DNA of 64,000 nucleotides, taken from contig JALCLG010000001.1 of the NCBI GenBank assembly GCA_022647725.1, positions 709 through 64,708 on the forward strand. Direction: 5' to 3'. Source of the stretch: Bacilli bacterium (GTDB lineage: Bacteria > Bacillota_I > Bacilli_A > RFN20 > CAG-288). Shown piece by piece: positions 7,415 to 15,124 of the stretch. The position numbers and the translations under genes were made by a program. The notes below the pieces were generated by a model. It was given only the letters and a program-made list of their open reading frames with translations. It searched no databases and was not told where the DNA came from. Numbering within the stretch: position 1 is the stretch's first letter; every line of letters begins with the position of its first letter.

Positions 7415-8429
7415 TTACTGTCTGGAGGCATAATCCTGCCAATGGACGTTCTTCGCGAGTTCGCAATCACTGCCGAAGAAGGCCTTGCCGGCCTCTTCAT
7501 CGCCCTTAAGCCAATACTCGAGCCAAGCGACCACGTAGGGGTCACTCCGCCAAAGCATTTCGCCATGGTCCACATTGTCGCCCCGGCGAGCCATAACTGT
7601 CGGGATGCCGTTCGGAATCTAACTGTAGTTCTCTTTGAGCTTTTCCAAAGGCAAGACCGTTTGCGTATCGAAATTGCCCGTTTCAGCGAACATCAAGGCG
7701 GGGCAGGAAATCTTACTGAGATCGTAGGCATACGAATCTGAGGCCGCTTTCCCGTCGCTTCCAAGCTTGTGGCCCCAGCCGAGGCTGAGCGCCAGTTCCT
7801 GGTTGGTCGCGCTTAACGCGAACAGACATTTGTATTTCTGGGGAATTGGCAAAGTCGATTGCGGCATTGAAGGTACCCTCGCCGCCCTGCGAATGACCGC
7901 CGATGGCGATTTTCTTTTCATCGACCCAAGGGGAGGTCTCGCCATTGGACAAAGCGAACGAAAGGGCTTTGTCGGGGTAGACGCCATCCCAGCTTTGGTC
8001 GTAGTCATCGCCGACGACAGCATAACCCCAAGAAGCGAGGTGCTCGAATACTTGCTCGTACTGTTGGTAAGGGACCCCGGTACCGTTGACCATGACGACG
8101 AGGGGATATTTGCCCGTGGCCTTCGGGTGGAAGAATTTGAAATGCTTTTCTTTGCCATCCACTTTCTCTTGAGCGTACTCTTTCGAGGCGACCTCAAAAG
8201 AACCTAGCGGAGCGTATTTTTTCTCGATCGGGCCGCCAGTGATTTGCTGGTTCCAGTAGTTGTTAGGGACGTTTTTTGCGTTTTTGAGAATCAAGGCGCA
8301 GGTCGAGAGAAGGATGACATTCGCGCCGACAACGGATGCCAAGACGATCCAAGGCCATTTTTTGTGTTTCTTTTTGGCGGGGAGCTTGGTCGGCTCCGCT
8401 GCGGTTTCAGGTTTGTTTTGGTTCTCCAT
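7415..8429 (-). pseudogene. Alpha/beta hydrolase (dienelactone-hydrolase/esterase-like) disrupted by a frameshift and an in-frame TAG
   Basis: GGHSQGG nucleophile elbow is present. The frame switches at the G4 run 7840-7843. TAG at 7619-7621 precedes the ..GDNVDHGEML.. segment that should carry the catalytic His. Length is 3n+1. Confidence 0.8.
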
Positions 8430-8527
8430 TGCTAATAGACCTCTCTCAGTGTTATTCTAGTTTACAGGTGTCTTATTAAGCAACAAATGCAAACCAAATT
8501 GAGACAAATGAAAGAAAGTGCAAACTC

Positions 8528-9052
8528 ATGAGAAAAAACGACCACATTGACTTCGCAAAGCATTGCTTTGAGGATGCAGCCTTCGCTCTGATCAAAAAGA
8601 AACCACTCAGCAAAGTCAGCGTTTCCGAGATCTGTGCCGAAGCTGGCTTTTCCCGTGCCTCCTTTTACCGCTATTTCGATTCGCCTGAAGCCCCTTTGGC
8701 CTCAAAGGTGAGGGACATCACGGCCCGCTATCTCTCGGATGAGGGAAACCGATTCAACTTCGAGCATTCGCGCGAAAGTGTCATCATCCTTTTTCACCAT
8801 CTTTTGGATTACAAGGATATCGGCTTGCTTTTCGAGAAGGCGGGCTGCTTGGACATTGTCGGGGCTGAATTCGAACGAGGCTTCGTTTTTAACCATCTCA
8901 AAGAAGAAGAACGTCTCCGGTGGGCCTTTGTCGGGGCAGGCCTTTTCCGGGTCTATTCGGAATGGGTGAAAAGCGGTTTTGATAAAAGCCCTGAAAGCCT
9001 TGCTGAAATCCTCTTTGGTGGCGAGTTCCCGCTCCTGAAGAATTCGCAATGA
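8528..9052 (+). CDS. TetR/AcrR family transcriptional regulator
   Basis: The N-terminal HTH reads KPLSKVSVSEICAEAGFSRASFYRYF. Confidence 0.85.
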   Translation: MRKNDHIDFAKHCFEDAAFALIKKKPLSKVSVSEICAEAGFSRASFYRYFDSPEAPLASKVRDITARYLSDEGNRFNFEHSRESVIILFHHLLDYKDIGLLFEKAGCLDIVGAEFERGFVFNHLKEEERLRWAFVGAGLFRVYSEWVKSGFDKSPESLAEILFGGEFPLLKNSQ

Positions 9053-9663
9053 GAGGCTTTTGAGCAAACCAGATTTTTGCGTCTTCGTTTTTGACTGATT
9101 TTCTGGGGGGTGATTTTTGGGGGTGGTGCGTAGGGGTGGGTGGTGGTTTCGGGCTTTTCCGTGATTTCCAAAAGAGGCGAATCTTATATTACAAAGTAAT
9201 ATAAAGAAAAGGGTTACGGGGTCCGTCCCCCTAACCCGCCTAAATATAGGGCGCTTTTTTGGCCGTCTAATAATTTGCAAGTACTTTATTGAGACAAATG
9301 AGAGACATTTGAAGAAGCTAAAAAAACAGGGTTTATATTAGTGAATGAGGTCAAATGACATGAATGAAGAAGTTCTAGCAGAAGACGAAGAAGAAAGGTC
9401 AACCCGGGTAGGGAGGCTTTCTTTGGAGACCCTCTTATTGAACCTTTGAGGGAATGAGAAGGCTCTGGGGAGAAATTTGGATCAGGACGGTGTGGCGGTG
9501 GTAGGCAATGAAGAAGAAATTCGGGATTCAAAAGGACAGTGGTTATCTTCCGTGGTTTGGATGATCTTCTATAATGCTGCCGAGTCTTTGATGGAGGTGC
9601 AAATAAGGACCGCTTAATTCAATTTTTCATGATATTTGATCAGAAATCTTATAGCTAAACCTA

Positions 9664-9692
9664 TTGACAATAAAACTTGGCATGGCTATGAT
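9664..9692 (+). promoter_or_regulatory. Sigma-A type promoter (TTGACA, 17 nt spacer, TATGAT)
   Basis: Hexamers lie at 9664-9669 and 9687-9692, upstream of 9739-10282. Confidence 0.55.
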
Positions 9693-9719
9693 GATGGTGT
9701 TGCCAATAAAACTTGGCAT
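9668..9719 (+). repeat. Two direct copies of CAATAAAACTTGGCAT (9668-9683, 9704-9719), candidate operator
   Basis: This is an exact 16-nt duplication overlapping the promoter and the early transcribed region. Confidence 0.6.
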
Positions 9720-9738
9720 ATCAATGGAGGCAACGTTC

Positions 9739-10065
9739 ATGGAAAAAGAAGATATTTTGGCCGAGAGCCGCAAGGAGAATAAGGGCAGAGACCCCCAAGA
9801 GAAGCCCGTCGTGGACCGGGGAACGGCTATCGCCTCAGTTGCCTTTATTTGCCTGATTTCCGTCATCTATTGTTGCTACGCCGCCAAAATTGGCAACTGG
9901 GAAATGGGCACGGGCATGTATGGGGCCTACACGGCTTATGAAGCCATCATCTTCGTCTATAAGTATTGCAAACTGAAACAAACCCACGAGCTTCTCCTGA
10001 GCATCTTCTTCGGAGCCTGCGCCATCATCCTTCTTGTTTTCTTCTTCGTTGAACTCTATCGTTGA
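9739..10065 (+). CDS. Small multi-TM membrane protein (DUF6442-like)
   Basis: The N-terminus MEKEDILAESRKENKGRD is followed by three hydrophobic segments. The gene is paired with a downstream XRE regulator. Confidence 0.55.
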   Translation: MEKEDILAESRKENKGRDPQEKPVVDRGTAIASVAFICLISVIYCCYAAKIGNWEMGTGMYGAYTAYEAIIFVYKYCKLKQTHELLLSIFFGACAIILLVFFFVELYR

Positions 10066-10075
10066 GGAGCAAACC

Positions 10076-10282
10076 ATGGACGAGAAACTCGTACTCAAAA
10101 ACCATCTGAAGGAAGCCCGCACCGCGAAAAACCTAAGCCAGCAAGAATTGGCCGACCTCGTCGGCGTCTCCCGCAACACCATCAGCTCGATCGAAACCGG
10201 GCAGTTCTACCCAACCGCCAAGCTGGCCTTGGTCCTTTGCGTCGCTCTTGACAAGAAGTTCGAGGAGCTATTCTACTTCTGA
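10076..10282 (+). CDS. XRE/Cro-C1 family HTH transcriptional regulator (68 aa)
   Basis: GAGGAG RBS. The HTH motif reads LSQQELADLVGVSRNTISSIETGQFYPT. Confidence 0.85.
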   Translation: MDEKLVLKNHLKEARTAKNLSQQELADLVGVSRNTISSIETGQFYPTAKLALVLCVALDKKFEELFYF

Positions 10283-10329
10283 AAAATAGTCGCCGAGCCA
10301 ATTTAGAAAATTTTGGAACAATCTCTATC

Positions 10330-10360
10330 GGGCCGCATTAAAAAGCGGCCTTTCTTTTTG
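10330..10360 (+). terminator. Intrinsic terminator
   Basis: GGCCGC / GCGGCC stem followed by TTTCTTTTT. Confidence 0.55.
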
Positions 10361-10384
10361 CTGATCTTTTTGAAAAATCTTTAT

Positions 10385-10809
10385 TCTAAAAGTCCAACGT
10401 GTTAGCGCAATTGGGCGTCCACCATGGTCAGTTCTTATGGGTAAAGACGACCCAAGTGCGGACGGGGCAAAGTGCGGACACAGGAAGAAAGGCTAGACGG
10501 CATCGGGATTTCTTCCTATTTTTGTCTTGCTTTTGCTGTTAACGAGACCTATATTGGAGCCAAGGAACAGGAGGCTGTTCCAAAGGTGGGATTCCGCCCA
10601 TCAGGTAGGTCGTTCCGAGGCGTTCAGAAGGCTTCGTCCTCGGGAAGCGGACTTGTCCGCATTCCGTCCGCATTCGGTAAAAGGGATTCCCACCTCGTTC
10701 GATGGGTTCTCACAGGTTCAGGCGGAGAAAGAGGAGAAATGAGTCAATCTCGGGACTTTCCGGTAAGAGGTTGCCAGTCCTTCCAAGGCGTTCGAAAAAG
10801 ACTTAGGGA
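10385..10809 (+). repeat. Conserved element arm, copy 2
   Basis: It is homologous to 5917-6293. Relative to copy 1 it carries an extra insertion of about 70 nt (10740-10808) and a deletion of about 16 nt. Confidence 0.7.
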
Positions 10810-10862
10810 CTTAGGATCCCATGCCGCAAGGCATACAGGTTCAACTCCTGCCGACCGCACCA
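10810..10862 (+). other. tRNA-Leu(UAG)-like 3' half, copy 2
   Basis: It is identical to 6294-6346. Confidence 0.7.
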
Positions 10863-10867
10863 GATTT

Positions 10868-10898
10868 AAAAAAGAGCCTAATAGCAGGCTCTTTTTTG
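10868..10898. terminator. Intrinsic terminator (A-tract, hairpin, T-tract)
   Basis: AGAGCCT / AGGCTCT stem flanked by AAAAAA and TTTTTT. Confidence 0.6.
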
Positions 10899-11073
10899 TT
10901 TAGGCGTGATTTTAGGCGGATATTCTGTAAAAAGGGTTCAAGACTTTTTCCTCTTCTCCCTTTTTCGTCTTTATTTGAAATTTTTGCAGTCTCTTTAAAA
11001 AAAGCGAAGATATTATAAATCAAATAGCGAAGAAAATACAAAACTATATACGAAGAAAAACAAAAGCAATACA

Positions 11074-11102
11074 TTGATTAATGGTTAAATGGCGGTTATA
11101 AT
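11074..11102 (+). promoter_or_regulatory. Sigma-A type promoter (TTGATT, 17 nt spacer, TATAAT)
   Basis: Hexamers lie at 11074-11079 and 11097-11102, about 20 nt before the ATG at 11121. Confidence 0.55.
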
Positions 11103-11120
11103 AATGCTAAGGAGAAACCA

Positions 11121-12401
11121 ATGGATTACAAAAAGCGGATTATCGACCAAGATTTGGATCTGAGAACACAGGCTTTCGGTGCGATTCAACTCGTTGGTCC
11201 GAAAGGATGCGGAAAAACGAGGACGGCGAAAGAACGATGCCGTTCGGTCATCGCTTTTCAGGATGAAGACCGCCGGGATTCCTATCTCAAATTGGCATCC
11301 AGTGAACCTTCCGCCTTCTTTGCTTTCCCAAAGCCCATTCTATTCGATGAATGGCAGGATGCACCGAAGATCTGGGGTGCCGTCCGTCAATCTTGCGATG
11401 ACAATGAGGATGAACATGGTGCTTATTTTCTGACGGGATCAACTTCAAAAAAGGTTCTTACGCCCCACACAGGAACTCAGCGTATTTCGACGGTTGAGAT
11501 GCAGCCAATGTCACTTTTTGAAACCGACGAAAGCAATGGGTCGATTTCCCTAAGGAAGCTTTTTGAAGGAACGGAGAGCGTTGCTGGCAAGGAGAGTCCC
11601 CTCACGGTTTCGGAGCTTTTCTATGCTGCCTCCAGAGGCGGTTGGCCTAAGACCCTTTCCATCGCCAATCCCTCCGCAAAACTTTTGATTGCTAAGGACG
11701 CCTATAAGCAGATATACAGTAAAGATATTTCCTCAATTGATGGTGTCGAACGGAACCCCGAGATTACCAAGGCGATTTTAAAATCGTATGCCCGAAACAT
11801 TGGAACTCTCTGTAAGAAAAACGTTCTCTATCAGGATGCCGCGAGTTATTATTCTCTCTCGGAACCTACTTTCGATGACTATGTTGAAAAATTAAAGGAA
11901 CTTTTTGTCATCAAAGATGTGGATGCCTGGTGTCCGCAGATCCGGAGCGAGAAATCCTTGCGTGCTCCGAAAAAGCATTTGTTTGTCGACCCTTCCATCG
12001 CCATTGCTGCCTTGGGCCTTTCTCCCGATTATTTTCTTTCGGATTTTGATCTCTTTGGACATATTTTTGAAGCCCTTGTCTTTCGTGACATGCTGGTATA
12101 TTCTTCGGCACTGGGTGGCTCCTTTGAGCATTATCATGATCGTTTTAACTTGGAAGTGGATGGGGTGCTTCATCTTGAAGATGGCCGTTATGCCCTGACG
12201 GAAATCAAACTGGGATCACGGGAAATTGAGGATGGGGTCAATAACCTGCTCACCTTAAAGGGACTGATTCAGAAAGCCAATGCTGAAAAAAAAGGACTGA
12301 CGATTCGCGAACCGGATTTGCTTTTGGTCATCACCGGAGGAAAATTGGCCTATGAAGAAAAAGGGGTAAAAATCATTCCAATCGGATGCCTAAAAGATTG
12401 A
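11121..12401 (+). CDS. AAA ATPase with a C-terminal PD-(D/E)xK-like domain (AAA_14 + DUF4143 architecture)
   Basis: Walker A is GPKGCGKT and Walker B-like is ILFDEWQ. The C-terminal EVDGVLHLEDGRYALTEIKLG fits a D...E-x-K nuclease-fold motif. Confidence 0.8.
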   Translation: MDYKKRIIDQDLDLRTQAFGAIQLVGPKGCGKTRTAKERCRSVIAFQDEDRRDSYLKLASSEPSAFFAFPKPILFDEWQDAPKIWGAVRQSCDDNEDEHGAYFLTGSTSKKVLTPHTGTQRISTVEMQPMSLFETDESNGSISLRKLFEGTESVAGKESPLTVSELFYAASRGGWPKTLSIANPSAKLLIAKDAYKQIYSKDISSIDGVERNPEITKAILKSYARNIGTLCKKNVLYQDAASYYSLSEPTFDDYVEKLKELFVIKDVDAWCPQIRSEKSLRAPKKHLFVDPSIAIAALGLSPDYFLSDFDLFGHIFEALVFRDMLVYSSALGGSFEHYHDRFNLEVDGVLHLEDGRYALTEIKLGSREIEDGVNNLLTLKGLIQKANAEKKGLTIREPDLLLVITGGKLAYEEKGVKIIPIGCLKD

Positions 12402-12674
12402 GGAACAGGTTCCCTGATTCGTTCATTAGGATACAGCAATTTCATCGGCTTTTTATTTATCAGTCGTAAATACAAATTGAAAAGATGGAAGCTTCCTTTT
12501 CCTCTTTTTCGAAGGTGGGTAAGTGGTTGTTAAATTATTTACCCTGTCAATATCGGTGTGATTGAAGAAAAATCAATACCTCGGAAAATTGCCACATGGT
12601 TCGATGTATTTGAGGACGGATATCGCCGATTACGAGAGGTAAGAACGGTTCACCCTTCCGGACTGACACTAAGA

Positions 12675-12727
12675 CTTAGGATCCTTTGCCGCAAGGCATA
12701 CAGGTTCAACTCCTGCCGACCGCACCA
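12675..12727 (+). other. tRNA-Leu(UAG)-like 3' half, copy 3 (chromosome-proximal)
   Basis: It is the same 53-nt sequence, with CA changed to TT at 12685-12686. Confidence 0.7.
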
Positions 12728-12737
12728 GAAAACAAAA

Positions 12738-12765
12738 GACCCGTCGAAAATCGGGTCTTTTTCTT
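12738..12765 (+). terminator. Intrinsic terminator after tRNA-half copy 3
   Basis: GACCCG / CGGGTC stem followed by TTTTTCTT. Confidence 0.6.
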
Positions 12766-12930
12766 ATATTGACATGGGTGAAATCTGCGCCACTTGTGGC
12801 TATCAAAGGCCAGAAAAACGGACGACAGATAAGTTAAAAGAGATACCTTTTTTTGCTTTTTATTGAATTAAGACAATCAGCTTTACCTTCGTAGTTTGAC
12901 TTCAGAAACGGCCTTAACGATTTTTCTTTA

Positions 12931-14778
12931 TCAAAGGAGAGTGTCGATATATTCAGCCAGGGCTTCCCGCTGATAGAAGTCAGCTTTCTTCTCAATCACA
13001 TAATCGGGGCTGACGCCTTGGTCAACGCTGTAGAAGGTACCGTTCTTGACGGTGCATAGCTTCATCGGTCCGGAGAACTGGAAGGTAGTGCCATCGGCCG
13101 AACAAGAAGGATAAACAACACAGGTTCCGCCGCCGGAGGCTCGCCCGAGGAGGGTTACTTTGTTGGTGGATCTTAAGACTGCCGGCACCAGGTTTCCGCA
13201 GGAGAAGCTGGCCGGCGAGGTAAGGATGAAGATGTTCTTATCCGAGATGCGGTCATTCTCATCGAAGACGTGATCCATGTTCACATCCGATTGATAGGTA
13301 TTCATGGCTTTGAAGCCGGTGAGAGTATTCTCCATCGGAAGGTAGTTATTGGCTAACACCCAGCCATTGAGATAGATAGCTGCATCCACGGCACCGCCAC
13401 CATTGCAGGATAAATCAATCACCACATTCTTGACGTTGCTGCCCGTGCGGAAGATCTGGGAATGGGCATATTCGATGACACCGAAGGTATCGGTCGAATC
13501 CAGGGTAGCCGCTTTGGTGTAGTAATCCTGCGTGGCCGAGGCAAAGTGGTCAAAGGTGACAAAGGCGGTATCTTTATTTGTCCCGAACTCCTCATAGGAA
13601 GGCACCCCATCCGGATAGACCTTTGCCCGTTCCGTTCTATAGGCATTCATCTCTTCAAGAGCCGTGCTCCGATACGGGTTGATGATGTCAGGTGAAATTT
13701 TGACGTCTTTGCCGACATAGAAGGACGGCTTCACGTTGCCGCTGTGGAAATCAGAGAAATACTGTCTTAAGAGGTAGGAGATGGCCGTCGAAGAAATCAA
13801 AGGGTCGGTGCTTAACATATCCTTTTCCAATCCGCTTTGGGTGATCATCGTCTTAAACGAAGGGATGTCATGCTCCTCTTTCAATCCGTAGAAGGTATCC
13901 AGGTTCGCCGCCAGCTCATCGCAGTTGAAGCGGGCTAACGCCTCGCTTCGGTTCGTGGGAGAAGCACTGTAAAACAAATCACTTAACGTACTTAAGTCAT
14001 TACTGCCGACCAGGAAGACAGCTTTCGTGTTGTAAAGAAGCTGCAGACCGAAAGGATTGAAGACAAAATCGGATAGGGTCTGTAAGGGAAGATAAGGGGT
14101 GCCTTCATCCAGGATCAGCGGAATGTCATAGGATTTGAAGTCAACGGTCTTGGAATACTCCTCCCGGCAGAAGACATGGTCGGGATCTCGTTTCACATAG
14201 GAGGTAAACCCGTTTTTCTCATATTTCCAGCTGAGAGTATCCAGGTAATTCATCTGCGGACCAGCAGAAAAGAAATGATTGAAATCCGGATAGGTTAGCG
14301 TCTGATTGGCAAAGTCAAAGACAATCGCGGCTCCGTTTTCCCCCGTTAAGGTATAGCAAGAGCCGTTAGCGGTTAAGGTCAAAACGGTGGTGGTGTCATC
14401 AAGGCCATCGACCAAAGCATGCCCCAACAAGGTCTTGGCATTTTCCAAAGAGATAAAAGGAAGATCTTCCTGGCCGTCTTTAAAGGCATAGGAAACATCC
14501 GTATATTTGTATTTGGGGTCACCGATATAGGAGTCGAAGGCTTTCTCAGTAAAGAGAGCTTTCTTAGTGGAGACGCTGGTGCTTTCCGAGGCACTGATGA
14601 CGGAAGGCGAAGCACTGACGGAAGCAACCGGGGATGCACTGGGAGATGCACTCCGAGCAACACTCGGAGACGTGCTTGCAGCCGCACTGGCGGAGACACT
14701 GGTCTTAGCCTTCTGACAGCCGCTCAGGCTGAGAATCACCGTAAGAGAGACACCGAAGAGAAGTCCTTTCTTTTTCAT
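12931..14778 (-). CDS. S41 family peptidase lipoprotein (paralog 1)
   Basis: Signal and lipobox read MKKKGLLFGVSLTVILSLSGC, followed by an S/A/P-rich linker. DLSCNGGG and TSPASFSCGN motifs parallel the S41 DLRxNxGG / SASASE motifs. Confidence 0.8.
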   Translation of the reverse strand: MKKKGLLFGVSLTVILSLSGCQKAKTSVSASAAASTSPSVARSASPSASPVASVSASPSVISASESTSVSTKKALFTEKAFDSYIGDPKYKYTDVSYAFKDGQEDLPFISLENAKTLLGHALVDGLDDTTTVLTLTANGSCYTLTGENGAAIVFDFANQTLTYPDFNHFFSAGPQMNYLDTLSWKYEKNGFTSYVKRDPDHVFCREEYSKTVDFKSYDIPLILDEGTPYLPLQTLSDFVFNPFGLQLLYNTKAVFLVGSNDLSTLSDLFYSASPTNRSEALARFNCDELAANLDTFYGLKEEHDIPSFKTMITQSGLEKDMLSTDPLISSTAISYLLRQYFSDFHSGNVKPSFYVGKDVKISPDIINPYRSTALEEMNAYRTERAKVYPDGVPSYEEFGTNKDTAFVTFDHFASATQDYYTKAATLDSTDTFGVIEYAHSQIFRTGSNVKNVVIDLSCNGGGAVDAAIYLNGWVLANNYLPMENTLTGFKAMNTYQSDVNMDHVFDENDRISDKNIFILTSPASFSCGNLVPAVLRSTNKVTLLGRASGGGTCVVYPSCSADGTTFQFSGPMKLCTVKNGTFYSVDQGVSPDYVIEKKADFYQREALAEYIDTLL

Positions 14779-15124
14779 AAAGAATTCCTTTCTGGGCGGA
14801 GAAGCAGAAACCCAATAGCAAAGGCTAAAAGCAAAGCTTCTCTCTGCCAAAATTATAAATGCCTAACTTTCATCTGTCAATGAAGCAAACGGGAAGGTTT
14901 GCTTGAAAAAAAGGCTGGTTAAAGATTTGCAATACCGACGGTTATGCAGGATGACGAACAAAAAGAACCGCTTTGGAAAAGTCCTCAAAGGAAGTTTATT
15001 TTCCTCCCCAAAGGAAAGCTTTTTGAACACGAAAGGAGGAGCAAAAGACGAGAATCCTGGTTTCATCCTTTTTGCTATTATATGTCCGAATCAGGAAACC
15101 TTTGCGGTTTCGAGGAAGCAAACA

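Larger units (their letters stand above)
6347..10862. mobile_element. Integrative element B remnant (integrase tail, accessory genes, arm, att core)
   Basis: The segment is bounded by tRNA-half copies 1 and 2. It starts with a 3' integrase fragment and ends with arm copy 2. Confidence 0.5.
10863..12727. mobile_element. Integrative element C remnant (single ATPase gene, short arm remnant, att core)
   Basis: The segment is bounded by tRNA-half copies 2 and 3. Only about 90 nt upstream of copy 3 shows weak similarity to arm copy 2. Confidence 0.4.

Noticed and set aside
7619-7621. In-frame TAG in the hydrolase as programmed read-through or pyrrolysine.
   Set aside because: No Pyl machinery or PYLIS-like context is visible. 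The same gene also has a frameshift and sits in a decayed island, so a simple nonsense mutation is more parsimonious.
9286-9531. 81-aa minus-strand ORF as a gene.
   Set aside because: It is Pro/Leu/Ser-rich low-complexity sequence with no RBS. The region looks like a shattered + strand gene instead.
10752-10761. RNase P RNA-like GGAAAGTCC string (minus strand) inside arm copy 2.
   Set aside because: It is present only in the copy-2-specific insertion and lies on the strand opposite to the tRNA-like end. None of the other universally conserved RNase P regions is nearby.
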